From Ignavibacteriota bacterium (GTDB lineage: Bacteria; Bacteroidota; Ignavibacteria; UBA10030), in assembly GCA_963727825.1 (NCBI GenBank), contig CAVSHO010000009.1:64001-128000 (forward strand): a stretch of DNA of 64,000 bases. Reading direction: 5' to 3'. Shown piece after piece: positions 1 through 10,495 of this stretch. Every line of letters begins with the position of its first letter. Position 1 is the stretch's first letter. Made by a program: the position numbers and the translations under genes. Under the pieces are notes generated by a model that saw only the letters and a program-made list of their open reading frames with translations, ran no database searches and had not been told where the DNA came from.

Positions 1-2007
1 CTTTGTGATAGTGTCATAACAAGTAACATAATACTGTAATTTTGTACCACGTTTATTTTTCTTTTCTCTCCATAATTTTTCAAAAGCTTCAGAAGCTTTT
101 TTAAAACTATCTTCATATTGCTTTTTTGCCGGTTCATCTTTCATCATACCGGCCATTATTTTCATTGCTTGGCATCCAGCCATGAAGGTAGTTGCATCGT
201 AACTATCAACTCCGAATAGAGTTAAATTATCAAATGTATTTTTAACTTCATGCGGATTACCCTCAGGGATACCATCTCCGTCTAAGTCATGCTTTTGTAA
301 AAAGTCGAATCCGAATTTAAGAGTATCCCAGTTTTTCTTCAAGAATTCCTGATCACCCATGAATTTCACATTACGTAATACTCTTGTAACAAGCTTTGGA
401 AAAAGATCAACCCAATAATTATTATTGTACCATGCATAGTCACTGACATTGCGAAGAGGATAACCTTTAGGCATCGCACATAAATCATGCGCAACGCTTC
501 CTTTAACCTTAAAAGCATCCCTTATCTGAACTAAGGATTTGCCTTCATATTGTTCCGGGTACTCTTGAAAATGTTTTCTGGCTTCAACAAAGGATGAGTG
601 TAAATGATAAAAGCGGGGTGTGAGATCTTCTGCAAGAATCGAATCGACAAACCGCTGGCAAAGCTCCTTCTCAATATTCGGGAAAAGCACCAACAGTACC
701 ATTGAATACCAATCAACATCAGACGGATCAATATAAGCATAATCAAAGCATTCAAGGAATCTTGCTCTATCATTTCCATCTTCGTCTTCAACCCAAATCG
801 CAGCATTTGATAGCGGGAAACTGAATTCATTTAAAATTAATCTGGTCAATCGCAGGGCGCCATTTTTATCATTTTTATAAGAAGGGCTTTTCGATATATT
901 ATCAAATATTTTACCTTGGATTGTTGTTGTTTTTTTCAACCACTCACTATAATTATTGAGTGCAAACTTCGCCATATCCACTGCTCTGGTATCTTTATTT
1001 TTGAAGCTCTTTATATATTTACGATCAAAAGTTTTTCCGTCGATGTATCGTTGCTGTGGAAAATCCAAGACTGTTGCAAAAGGTATTTTGATGGCAGCTT
1101 TAGGTTTTAATGTGAAGGTAAGACTTATCGCCGCACCATAATCTTGATTTAGGATAGGCTTTCTCTTCTCATAAAAACTTCCGTCATCATTTAATAATAG
1201 ATCTTGCTTTAACCTATTTAAACAAAAAGACGGATGGGTATCTATCACAACACCATCAGTCTCCGGCACTGCAATAACCATCCTGTCCGCACATTCAGTA
1301 CTTCCCATCACAACACCTCTGATAGAAGAAGACTTGAACTCTTCATGGACATGACCTTTTATAGGGGCCGAACAGACATAAGCAGTATCTTGATCTGTCG
1401 GTTTTAATTCTTTTTCTTGGAGGTTTACTAATGATGGGGTTGGAATTACTAAAGTGATTTGCTGTTCTTTTGTCGAAGTATTTTTAACCTCATACTCTTC
1501 AACGCCAAGAGGCATCAGCGTCTGTTCGTTTCCTGATAACAGCGGAGATATGAATCTTCTTAGTACATTTACCTTTCCAAGTCGATATGACATTTCTGCT
1601 AATGGGGTTGCAAGCGAAATTGATACCCGCTTTTCTTCTATCGCCGGATGATAATAATTCTTCAATGCCGGGACATCATCGGGGCCTTCAACTTTTAACG
1701 GTTCCCTTGCTGTAAGCATATATGTTTTATCGCTCACACGGATAAACGGTGCAGAGCCAAATTGAATTGCATTTTGATTTAAGAAAATAATCCTGCCGGC
1801 GTTATTCAATCTATTATAGAGACCCTCGGGAGATATACCTATTGAACAGGTGGGGGCACCTTGAAGAGCAATGGTATGAGGGAATTGAAGAGTTTTTGAC
1901 ATTCCCTGAAAATGAACTGTCATTTTATTTTTAACATAAATATCAGAGATCTGCTTTCCTGAAATTGTATATATATCACTCGTTTTTAAACTATAAGATT
2001 TTGCCAT
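1..2007 (-). CDS. GH116-family glycoside hydrolase (beta-glucosidase/xylosidase-like), runs off the left edge
   Basis: Absent from the ORF track because it has no stop in the window. Manual translation from ATG at 2007 (MAKSYSLKTS...) stays open for 669 codons to position 1. It contains RFLECFDYAYIDPSDVDWYS, VAHDL, WVDL and DLDGDGIPEGNPHEVKNTFDN...GVDSY, matching GH116 nucleophile (Glu) and acid/base (Asp) regions. No signal peptide. Confidence 0.8.
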   Translation of the reverse strand, partial: MAKSYSLKTSDIYTISGKQISDIYVKNKMTVHFQGMSKTLQFPHTIALQGAPTCSIGISPEGLYNRLNNAGRIIFLNQNAIQFGSAPFIRVSDKTYMLTAREPLKVEGPDDVPALKNYYHPAIEEKRVSISLATPLAEMSYRLGKVNVLRRFISPLLSGNEQTLMPLGVEEYEVKNTSTKEQQITLVIPTPSLVNLQEKELKPTDQDTAYVCSAPIKGHVHEEFKSSSIRGVVMGSTECADRMVIAVPETDGVVIDTHPSFCLNRLKQDLLLNDDGSFYEKRKPILNQDYGAAISLTFTLKPKAAIKIPFATVLDFPQQRYIDGKTFDRKYIKSFKNKDTRAVDMAKFALNNYSEWLKKTTTIQGKIFDNISKSPSYKNDKNGALRLTRLILNEFSFPLSNAAIWVEDEDGNDRARFLECFDYAYIDPSDVDWYSMVLLVLFPNIEKELCQRFVDSILAEDLTPRFYHLHSSFVEARKHFQEYPEQYEGKSLVQIRDAFKVKGSVAHDLCAMPKGYPLRNVSDYAWYNNNYWVDLFPKLVTRVLRNVKFMGDQEFLKKNWDTLKFGFDFLQKHDLDGDGIPEGNPHEVKNTFDNLTLFGVDSYDATTFMAGCQAMKIMAGMMKDEPAKKQYEDSFKKASEAFEKLWREKKNKRGTKLQYYVTCYDTITK

Positions 2008-2089
2008 AATATTTTTCTTCAATTATTAATATTCTATATTTTTAGATTGATTATTTACCGAACTTATCAGAAGATTTTAATTATTAAAA

Positions 2090-2135
2090 CACTTTACAAC
2101 ACATACCTTATTGTGAAAGGCTGTGTTGTAAAGTG
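2090..2135 (-). terminator. Stem-loop between GH3 and GH116, probable intrinsic terminator or processing hairpin
   Basis: CACTTTACAACACA...TGTGTTGTAAAGTG, 14-bp perfect arms, followed by TTTT on the minus strand. Confidence 0.55.
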
Positions 2136-2156
2136 CACTCTGTGAATCAATAAAAC

Positions 2157-3986
2157 CTAGCAATAAGATAAATCAAGCGACGTTTTTTTCTTTGGTAACG
2201 GTTTCTTTACAGATGCCTCTTTCTGAACACCAAGGCTTATTGGCAGCTTGGTTTTGTTTGAAGGCTTGATTTTCCCAAACAATACTCCAACTGCGGCCTT
2301 TATTGAATCGGGTGTTGCGCTGAAATTGCAGACCACAACATCGGCTTCATTTGTGGTGCCATTTACGTACGGGTAATTTGTCACAACAACTACTTTCTTA
2401 CCCATTTCTTTGAGTTTCTTGACAAGCAACACGTTATTACCGGTTTTTACGATTCTGGCATAATAGTTTGTCATAACAACAGTGTCTACCTGTTTAGCAA
2501 GTTCAAGGCATTCCTCAAATTCATCTTCGTGCGCAGCAAAGTCTGTATCAGCAAGAATTAAATTGTGCGAATATTCCACCATGTCTTCGCAGAACATATG
2601 TTGATGCATGTAAGGATCTTTTCCGCAGAATTCATACGGGATACGCTGCTCGATAACCAGCATCTTTTCCTTGGGATTCAAAGGCAGCGTTTTTTTATCG
2701 TCGCGCATGACGATCAATGCTTTTTTAGCAACTTCCATTGAAAAATTAATAACCGGCTTGCTCATCGCATATGTCTGGGCCTTTTCAGGATCTTTCTTTC
2801 CAGCTGTTTCAAATAAACCTTGATCGTACTTCATTTTTAAAAGATGTGTTACAGCTTCTTCGAGCCTCTCTTCAGGAATTTCGCCGCTCTCAACAGCTGT
2901 CTTCACTCCAAAGAAACATTGTGATCTCGATTCATCATCAGCTTTCAAAAGTATTGTATCACATCCAACCTTTATCGCCATCGCACAGGCTCTCGGAAGC
3001 GGCCATTGTTTGAGGATTGCAGCCATACCGATTGCATCAGTAACTATAACTCCTTCAAATCCAAGTTCTTCTCTCAAGAGTCCTTTAATAATTCTTTCCG
3101 ATAACGTTGTAGGATATTTATCATCGTATGCCGGGTAAATTGAATGTCCCGTCATAATTGCTTTTACTCCTGCTGCTATCGCGGCTTTGAAAGGATATAA
3201 TTCTACTTCCTGCATCCTTTGCTTATCTGTTTTGATTACTTCCAGTACATCATGAGCGTCGGTATCTGAAGCGCCTCTTCCGGGGAAGTGTTTTCCGGTC
3301 GCCGCTATTCCACCATCCTGGAAGCCTTTTATGATAGCAACAACGTGTTTTGCGCAAGTCTCAGGATCATCGCTAAAAGATCTGATACCTATCTCAGGAT
3401 TTCTTGGATTGATATTTACATCGCAGACCGGCGAATACATTTGTGTAACACCGATATTGCTTAATTGCTTCGCAATTGTCAGACCGATTTGATATGTCGT
3501 CTTTGGATCGCCGATTGCTGCCATACCCATCGGAGACGGAAATTGTCTGATGCCGCCCGACATATAATCGTTCTTGAAATCGCCTTCGAAGTCGATTGTC
3601 ATGTGGAGAGGAATTCCAACCCGTCTGTCCATTGCAATCTGCTGAAGCTTATTCAGATCTTTCGTATAATCTCCTGGCGTGATGCTTATGCCAAAGGACT
3701 TACCGGCAAAATAATTATTTGCAATGGTAAAATAATCGGCGGGCTTTTTAAAATTTTTATCGATCTGGGAATTTCCCCAGTATAGATTCTTGCATGTCTC
3801 GACAGCGTATGGTTCAAGACAAAGACCGCCGCAATGCAATTTCGTTATCTGTTCAATTGTGCTCGGCGTTAACATTGCGCCGCGCCGCGTGAATGTCAAT
3901 AGCTGGCCGACTTTCTCTTCCAAAGTCATCTTTGCTAATAACTTTGATACAAATGCGTCTCTTTTCGCATTATCTTTCTTTGCCAT
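2157..3986 (-). CDS. GH3 glycoside hydrolase, NagZ-like two-domain type, cytoplasmic
   Basis: MTLEEKVGQL, TIDFEG, SPVCDV..NPRNPEIGIRSFS, KHFPGRG..DTDAH, LLREELGFEGVIVTDAIGM; C-terminal GH3_C domain. Confidence 0.85.
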   Translation of the reverse strand: MAKKDNAKRDAFVSKLLAKMTLEEKVGQLLTFTRRGAMLTPSTIEQITKLHCGGLCLEPYAVETCKNLYWGNSQIDKNFKKPADYFTIANNYFAGKSFGISITPGDYTKDLNKLQQIAMDRRVGIPLHMTIDFEGDFKNDYMSGGIRQFPSPMGMAAIGDPKTTYQIGLTIAKQLSNIGVTQMYSPVCDVNINPRNPEIGIRSFSDDPETCAKHVVAIIKGFQDGGIAATGKHFPGRGASDTDAHDVLEVIKTDKQRMQEVELYPFKAAIAAGVKAIMTGHSIYPAYDDKYPTTLSERIIKGLLREELGFEGVIVTDAIGMAAILKQWPLPRACAMAIKVGCDTILLKADDESRSQCFFGVKTAVESGEIPEERLEEAVTHLLKMKYDQGLFETAGKKDPEKAQTYAMSKPVINFSMEVAKKALIVMRDDKKTLPLNPKEKMLVIEQRIPYEFCGKDPYMHQHMFCEDMVEYSHNLILADTDFAAHEDEFEECLELAKQVDTVVMTNYYARIVKTGNNVLLVKKLKEMGKKVVVVTNYPYVNGTTNEADVVVCNFSATPDSIKAAVGVLFGKIKPSNKTKLPISLGVQKEASVKKPLPKKKTSLDLSYC

Positions 3987-4010
3987 TTTAATATCTCCTA
4001 TTTTTCTTGT

Positions 4011-5228
4011 TTATAATTCCCATTTACCACTATTATTAGGCCCGGCCCAAAATTCACGTTCCTTCTTCCAGCCAGCCTCACTAACTTTCATTTCTTTTGT
4101 TTTCCATCCAGCTTTGATGCGTTTTGTCAAATCGTCGAATCCTTTGTTCCAAGAAAGCCCATCGGGAACGGTAACGTTCATACTTCCTGCGGCATTCGCG
4201 TAACGGAGACAATTTTCAATTGAATTACCTTTGACAAAAGCGGAGAGGAATCCTGCAATTGCTGAATCGCCCGAACCTAACGCGCCTACAAATTTCTCTT
4301 CCTCATAAACTGGGAACCAAAGTTCTCTATTCGCCCAGTTATCAAGATTGGAACAACCTGCTTCGCCGAGCTTTGATAGGCGATCTTTACCAGCGGTTCG
4401 AACATAGAGTCCCCTGCTACCGCATTTAACCATCGCTATCGCAGTACCCATCTTTAACATATCGCTTCCCAGATCGGAGATTTCTTTTACTGTCATATGA
4501 TCGAGTACTGTTTCTTTAGGTCCAAGCTTGGCTTTTTTCTCGAGAAATTTTTCTTTATAAAGGAAATACAAAATTTCTTCTGCACTTGGCACCATGATAT
4601 CTGTCAACGGAATCCAATCCTTAAGAATTTCTTTCCAGTTAACCTGGCCTGCACGACTATTGACGTCGGGAAGCGAAAGGTCAAGCGCAGTCGTCGTTCC
4701 CAACTCCTTAGTCTTCTTAAGAATTTTTGTCAATTCTTTACCGGTGTTCTCATAAAGCTTGCTCATCCAAGGTGGATATCCAAAGAGCATTAATTTAGAA
4801 TGCTTCACAAGATCAAAATTCATGTCTTTGTACCCAAACGTATCATTCGCACCGCAATGATGCAGATAGAATCTATCTATGCCGGGTATGCAAATAGCAA
4901 TTGTATAAGAGGTTGATTCTCCCTTCACTGTTTTGATACCTTGGAAATGTCCTTCATTTTCTTCATACCAATTGAGAATTTCTTTTCCAAAATCATCATC
5001 ACCAATTTTCCCGATTAATTCAGTTTTTACACCAAGTCGTCGAATGGATACACCGGCATTTGTGACAGGGCCTCCACCTACAACGACACATTCACCCATG
5101 TTAATCATTTTACCGGGCACGAGAACATCCGTCATCTTGTCAACTTTGCCTTCAATTGTAAAAGCGGGTATTAAGTCAAGGCAAGTATGCCCCGCAGCTA
5201 CGATTTCGATATTTTTTTTATCTGCCAT
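4011..5228 (-). CDS. PfkB/ribokinase-family carbohydrate kinase
   Basis: GGGPVTNAG, GKIGDDDFG, GALGSGDSAIAGFL (PfkB signature), ANAAG. Confidence 0.85.
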   Translation of the reverse strand: MADKKNIEIVAAGHTCLDLIPAFTIEGKVDKMTDVLVPGKMINMGECVVVGGGPVTNAGVSIRRLGVKTELIGKIGDDDFGKEILNWYEENEGHFQGIKTVKGESTSYTIAICIPGIDRFYLHHCGANDTFGYKDMNFDLVKHSKLMLFGYPPWMSKLYENTGKELTKILKKTKELGTTTALDLSLPDVNSRAGQVNWKEILKDWIPLTDIMVPSAEEILYFLYKEKFLEKKAKLGPKETVLDHMTVKEISDLGSDMLKMGTAIAMVKCGSRGLYVRTAGKDRLSKLGEAGCSNLDNWANRELWFPVYEEEKFVGALGSGDSAIAGFLSAFVKGNSIENCLRYANAAGSMNVTVPDGLSWNKGFDDLTKRIKAGWKTKEMKVSEAGWKKEREFWAGPNNSGKWEL

Positions 5229-5348
5229 TTAAAGCTCCTTAATGAACAATTTTGTATAGAAATTTGCAGACTGATGTGTAATAATACTACGATCTAAAAG
5301 TTGTCTATCTGTTATTTAACAATGTTTTATTTTTGATACTTTTTTTTC

Positions 5349-5890
5349 TTAAGCCATTCTTATATTTGCAATGGCATCAAGAGCGGGTTTTGGTTCATAG
5401 TGATAGTTGAATAACAACGGGTAGTCGGTTCGTCCGATAACAGGCCAACCACTACGCCATGATTGCTTATCATTAATTCCCAAAAAAGTTACCCGTTAAA
5501 ATTTATCACGATGCTTCAGAAAAATCGACATAAATTCCGAATATTTTTTTGCCTGTTTTTTTAAACAGAACCCGGCACAGCGCTCACATAGGGATTATTT
5601 TTTTCTGTATTTCAGGACTTAAAGAAGAAAAGAGTATGGCCGATCATTTGTAATCCAAGCTTTTCGCCGTATTCAACAAAACGATCTGCCGCTTCGAAAT
5701 TATATTGACCCGGAGCCGGATGAACCTCTTCCCACTTTAAAATATTTTCCGGAGTGATACTGTTAAAATGCTTCTGTACTATGGCATCTGAGCTTGGTTC
5801 TTTACCGTAAATCTGATTTTTATTAAGGGCGACACCAATAAGGAAGTCGCCCTTAAAAATATCTTTCAAGCCCTCTTGAAACTCGCCCAC
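5349..5890 (-). pseudogene. GH10 endo-xylanase remnant with a large internal deletion
   Basis: The N-terminal piece LKDIFKGDFLIGVALN...HFNSITPENILKWEEVHP...GHTL is joined at ~5630 to the C-terminal piece NPY...IFLKHRDKF*RVTFLGINDKQSW..WPVIGRTDYPLLF. There is an in-frame stop at 5496-5498 and a frameshift in an A-run near 5560. Both catalytic Glu segments are missing. Confidence 0.85.
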
Positions 5891-5897
5891 TCACCAC

Positions 5898-7218
5898 CTA
5901 GAAAATATAGGAGTTGATAATATTTTCTAGCATCTCCTGTCGGCCGCTCGGTAGAACTGGATTCTTTTCGTTACGAACCCATTTGTCTACATCTTCCATA
6001 GTAACCTTGCCGGACATAATCTGCTGGCCGATACCGGAATTGTGGCTGCTATATCTTTCTTCGATGAATTTGCTCAATACTTTATCCTGAATCATTTGAT
6101 GTGCAACCAATAGGCCTTTTGCAAATGCATCCATCCCGCCGATATGCGCATAGAAAAGATCCGTTGGATCATTGGAACTGCGGCGTACTTTTGCATCGAA
6201 ATTTAATCCGCCGGTACCGAGGCCATTCTGATTTAAAATAACCAACATTGCCATTGTAGTACTGTAAATATCGGTCGGAAATTGATCGGTATCCCATCCA
6301 AGAAGCAGATCGCCTCTGTTTGCATCTACACTTCCTAACCTTCCTGCCGCTGAAGCGACTGCAAGTTCGTGCTCAAACGTACTGCCAGCCAAGGTGCCAT
6401 GGTTTGCTTCGATATTCAATTTGAAGTCATCGAATAAATCAAATTCTCTCAAGAAGTTTAATGTCGTCGCTGCATCTGCATCATATTGATGCTTTGTCGG
6501 CTCGCATGGCTTCGGCTCAATAAGAAATTGGCATTTGAAACCAAGCTTCTTTTTATAATCCACAGCCATATGGAAAAATCGAGCCATCTTCTCCGCTTCT
6601 TTTTTCAAATCTGTATTTATTAATGTTTCGTACCCTTCACGTCCGCCCCAGAATACATAATTTTCACCGCCAAGTTCTTTCGTTGCATCGATTGCATTCT
6701 TCACTTGTGCTATCGCAGTGGCCATCACGTGTGCATTCGGACTTGATCCGGCGCCTTGAGAATAAATTGCATTGCTGAATAAATTTGCAGTGCCCCATAA
6801 CAATTTCACGCCGGTTTCTTTTTGAAATTTCTTTGCCACCTCAACCATGGCTTCCAAATTTTTGCATGTCTCAGCAAAAGTTTCGCCTTCAGGCGCGATA
6901 TCTCTATCATGGAAACAATAATAGTCTATTCCGCATTTTTGCAGAAATTCGAAATTCGCTTCCATAGTATCTTTCGCACGTTGCATAGGATTTGAAGATT
7001 TCCGCCATTCTCTTTCAAAACTTGGACCTCCAAACATATCAGCGCCATGTGCCCATCATAGTGTGCCAAAATGCAACTGAAAAACGAAGATGTTCCGCCA
7101 TCGTTTTATTGCCAACTTTTTGGTTCTTGTTGTAATATTTAAAAGCCAAAGGATTCTTTGAATCTTTACCTTCGTAAGGTATCGGCTTTTCAACTTTTGT
7201 AAAATATTTGTTCGTCAT
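5898..7218 (-). CDS. xylA: Xylose isomerase, class II; apparent +1 frameshift near 7047
   Basis: MTNKYF...NPLAFKYY...[11 protein letters not shown] continues in another frame as [55 protein letters not shown]. Confidence 0.95.
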
Positions 7219-7294
7219 ATCTACTCCTTCACTTTGATTTATTATATAGTTAAGTTTGAAAGATACATTCTCGCATTTTATCAGTTCAAACAAT

Positions 7295-7310
7295 ATTGAA
7301 CCGTTTTAAT
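7295..7310. promoter_or_regulatory. LacI-type operator upstream of xylA
   Basis: ATTGAACCGTTTTAAT, a near-palindrome with central CG, also found at 10162, 25448 and (variant) 25647. Confidence 0.75.
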
Positions 7311-7337
7311 AGTACAATTATTTATGATATGTGTCAA
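7309..7337 (-). promoter_or_regulatory. sigma70-type promoter of xylA
   Basis: Minus strand TTGACA-N17-TACTAT, directly abutting the operator. Confidence 0.7.
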
Positions 7338-7393
7338 GTCCTATATCTATATTATACACGAAAAAGAATAAAAGTACGGTTAACATTTAACTT

Positions 7394-7437
7394 AAAAAAA
7401 GTGACCGTCACTTGCATTACAAATACGTAACGGTCAC
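7394..7437 (-). terminator. Probable intrinsic terminator after xylB
   Basis: GTGACCGT...ACGGTCAC inverted repeat followed by T7 on the minus strand; the loop is long. Confidence 0.5.
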
Positions 7438-7478
7438 CCAAGAGTTTTGCAACTACAAATTGGTAAATAGCAGAATAC

Positions 7479-8975
7479 TTAGCTCTTTATCTGAAGGATA
7501 CGGTTTAACGCAGAAGCCCAGCGTTCATAAAGTTCCGTATATTTAGCTTTATTCGTGCTTTTTGGTTCGATCACTTGCAACCGTTCGAGACCTTTAAACA
7601 TTTCTTCACGTGATTTGTAATGCTTCACACCTAATCCTGCGCCGCGCGCTGCACCCTGTGAGCCGTCTGTGTTATAAAGCTCTATGGTAACACCGGAAAC
7701 CTCCGCAAGTGTCTCGCGGAAGATTGGTCCGAGGAATAGATTTGCTTGACCTGCACGCATAACTTTGGGCTTCATGTCCATCTCGTGCATGATATTAATG
7801 CCGTAATTAAATGCAAATGCAATTCCTTCATGAACTGCACGCATGAGATGCGATTGTGTATGTATGTTATATTGCAGGTTCATCAGTTGAGCACCTGTGT
7901 CGCGATTTTCCAGCATTCTTTCAGCTCCATTACCGAACGGCAAACAGATGAGACCATCGGCTCCAATAGGTGTAATCATTGCAAGTTCATCAAGGCGTGA
8001 ATATTTTACAGATTCCTGACCTGTTATACGGCGCATCCAGCTGTTTGAAATTCCACATCCGTTGATGCAGAGAAGCACACCGATGCGGCGTGCATCAGCT
8101 TTATGATTAACGTGCGCAAAAGAATTTACCCTTGAAGGCGGATCGTATTTCAATGCATCGCTGACCCCATAAACAACACCTGAAGTGCCTGCAGTTGCAG
8201 CAATTTCACCTGGCTCCATAACGTTTAATGAGAGAGCATTATTCGGTTGGTCGCCAGCCCGATATGTAACCGGAGTTCCTTTTGCTAATCCAAATTCTTT
8301 TGCAGCGCTTTCGGTCAAACGTCCTTGCTCTCCAAATGTTGGGACGATTGGAGGAATCATATCTTTGCTAATTCCGTAATGATCAAGTAAAAATTGTGCG
8401 GGTGAATTAGCTTTAAAGTCCCAAAGTATTCCTTCGGATAGACCTGACTCAGTTGTAACTGCATCGCCCGTAAGACGCATCGCAACGTAATCGCCGGGAA
8501 GCATAAATTTATCAACTTTTTCAAAAATCTTCGGTTCATTTATTTTTACCCATCTGAGTTTGGATGCGGTGAAATTGCCTGGGGAGTTCATAAGAGATGC
8601 CAGACATTTTTTAGCGCCGATGGCTTTAAAAGCATCGCGTCCGATTTCCACGGCTCTGCTATCGCACCAAATAATTGAAGGGCGCAATACCTGCTTGTTC
8701 TTATCGACGATAACAAGTCCATGCATCTGATAGGATATACCGATAGCAACGATTTGTTCGCTTTTGATACGTGAAGCAGCTAGAACTTCCTTAGTTGCAA
8801 TCTTCAGGTTTTCCCACCACATATTCGGATCCTGCTCTGCCCAGCCGGCTTTTGCAGCCGATATAGGCATTTCGTTTTTGGGTGAGAACGCGCTGAAATC
8901 ACTCTTGCCCGTCTCAAGATTGAGAAGAGACACTTTTACTGATGAACTACCAATATCAAATCCGAGTGTATACAT
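7479..8975 (-). CDS. xylB: Xylulokinase (FGGY family)
   Basis: LGFDIGSSSVK, GISYQMHGLV, IIWCDSR, GDQPNNA, AGTSG; adjacent to xylA. Confidence 0.9.
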   Translation of the reverse strand: MYTLGFDIGSSSVKVSLLNLETGKSDFSAFSPKNEMPISAAKAGWAEQDPNMWWENLKIATKEVLAASRIKSEQIVAIGISYQMHGLVIVDKNKQVLRPSIIWCDSRAVEIGRDAFKAIGAKKCLASLMNSPGNFTASKLRWVKINEPKIFEKVDKFMLPGDYVAMRLTGDAVTTESGLSEGILWDFKANSPAQFLLDHYGISKDMIPPIVPTFGEQGRLTESAAKEFGLAKGTPVTYRAGDQPNNALSLNVMEPGEIAATAGTSGVVYGVSDALKYDPPSRVNSFAHVNHKADARRIGVLLCINGCGISNSWMRRITGQESVKYSRLDELAMITPIGADGLICLPFGNGAERMLENRDTGAQLMNLQYNIHTQSHLMRAVHEGIAFAFNYGINIMHEMDMKPKVMRAGQANLFLGPIFRETLAEVSGVTIELYNTDGSQGAARGAGLGVKHYKSREEMFKGLERLQVIEPKSTNKAKYTELYERWASALNRILQIKS

Positions 8976-9033
8976 CTGATGTTGTCCTTTTTATTTTATA
9001 GATGAAGTAATTAAACATTGTTTAAAGAAAATA

Positions 9034-10083
9034 TTACTTAGTGGAAAATTGATAAATAGTCGTTTGCTTATAAACATTGCCCGGTTTTAAAACAACAGAA
9101 GGGAACTCCGGTTTGTTCGGCGAATCAGGATAACCCTGGGCTTCCAGACAGAGCCCTGTTCTGCGTTTATAAACCACGCCGTTTTTCCCCCTGGTTTCAC
9201 CTAGAGAATTACCCGAATAGAATTGAATTCCAGGTTGATCAGTATATACTGTCATAGTTCGTCCGCTCTTAGGCTCTTGAACTTCTGCAACTTTGCGGAC
9301 TTTGCCGTTGTAGTTTTTTAGGACCCAGTTGTTATCGTAACCTCCTCCGATAAGGAGCTGTTCATATTTTTCATCGACGCGCGCGCCGATTGTCTTCATA
9401 GTTCGAAAATCCAGTGGAGTATTTGCAACATCAGCAAACTTGCCGGTTGGAATTTGTCCTTTGTCTACAAGCGTAAAAGAGTCGGCTTCAATACTGAGTT
9501 GATGATCCAGAATTGTCTGAGAGAGGTTACCTGATAAATTGAAATACGAATGCTGCGTTGGATTTAGAATGGTTGTTTTATCTGTTGTCCCTTTATAATC
9601 GACGCGGAGTTCGTTTTTATTGCTTAGTGTGTATGTAACAACAAGAGTAACTTTTCCAGGATAACCTTCTTCACCGTCGGGACTGATGAGTGTCAATTTA
9701 AGAGCCGGTTCATCTCCATCGAGAGCTTCTGCTTCCCAAAGTTTTTTATTGAATCCGACTATTCCGCCATGAAGGTGATTCTCTCCGTTGTTTGTGGCAA
9801 GTTGATAGGTCTTACCTTCCAACTGGAATCGGCCTTTGCCGATACGGTTTCCATATCGCCCAACAATTGATCCTAAAAACGTACTATCATTAATGTAACT
9901 CTGCAGCGTGTCATATCCTAGGACGACGTCTTCAAACTTGCCGTTCCGATCCGGGACGATGATTGATGTTACTATCGCTCCATAGTTTATAATTGCCACT
10001 TTACTGCCTGAAGAATTGGTTAGAGTATACTGATGGACTTCTTTGCCATCCGGGAGTTTACCAAACGATGTCTTATCAATCAC
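9034..10083 (-). CDS. galM: Aldose 1-epimerase (mutarotase)
   Basis: GRYGNRI, NHLHGG, NPTQHSYFNL, GYDNNW, QFYSGN, LCLEAQ. Confidence 0.92.
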   Translation of the reverse strand: MIDKTSFGKLPDGKEVHQYTLTNSSGSKVAIINYGAIVTSIIVPDRNGKFEDVVLGYDTLQSYINDSTFLGSIVGRYGNRIGKGRFQLEGKTYQLATNNGENHLHGGIVGFNKKLWEAEALDGDEPALKLTLISPDGEEGYPGKVTLVVTYTLSNKNELRVDYKGTTDKTTILNPTQHSYFNLSGNLSQTILDHQLSIEADSFTLVDKGQIPTGKFADVANTPLDFRTMKTIGARVDEKYEQLLIGGGYDNNWVLKNYNGKVRKVAEVQEPKSGRTMTVYTDQPGIQFYSGNSLGETRGKNGVVYKRRTGLCLEAQGYPDSPNKPEFPSVVLKPGNVYKQTTIYQFSTK

Positions 10084-10161
10084 TTGTTTTATCCTTTATA
10101 TTAAAAGTATGCTTGTTGTTTAAATATATATATAATAGAGTAACCCAAAAGTCAAAGAACA

Positions 10162-10177
10162 ATTGAACCGTTTCAAT
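10162..10177. promoter_or_regulatory. LacI-type operator upstream of galM-xylB
   Basis: ATTGAACCGTTTCAAT; the 27-bp context AAGAACAATTGAACCGTTTYAATATTA is shared with 25441-25467. Confidence 0.78.
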
Positions 10178-10365
10178 ATTACAATGTTGAATCTAAAAGG
10201 CAAATTAAAAATAAATTTATAAAAAGATATCTAAAAATCGTAAGAATCGCAAATTGTGGTTATGGGCTATTTTCATTTATGGATATTTTTATAAGCAAAA
10301 GAACCAAACAGTTATACAGGCGGCCATAATTATATGAGCGTTGGCAATGCTTCATTTAATAAACA

Positions 10366-10495
10366 TCCTCGCAGTCCCGCATAGCGGGACCAGGTATTTT
10401 GTCACTCCCGCGTACGCGGGAGTCTAATGTTCTGGATTCCTCCCGACTTTGTCGGGACGGGAATGACGACGCAAGCGTCGGGTTATTGAACCCGA
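10366..10495. repeat. GC-rich cluster of nested short palindromes (REP/RPE-like element)
   Basis: GTCCCGC-ATA-GCGGGAC, ACTCCCGCGTACGCGGGAGT, TCCCGAC-TTT-GTCGGGA, CGACGC-AA-GCGTCG and TCGGGTT..AACCCGA inside an AT-rich spacer; GTCACTCCC...GGGAATGAC frames the centre. Confidence 0.7.
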
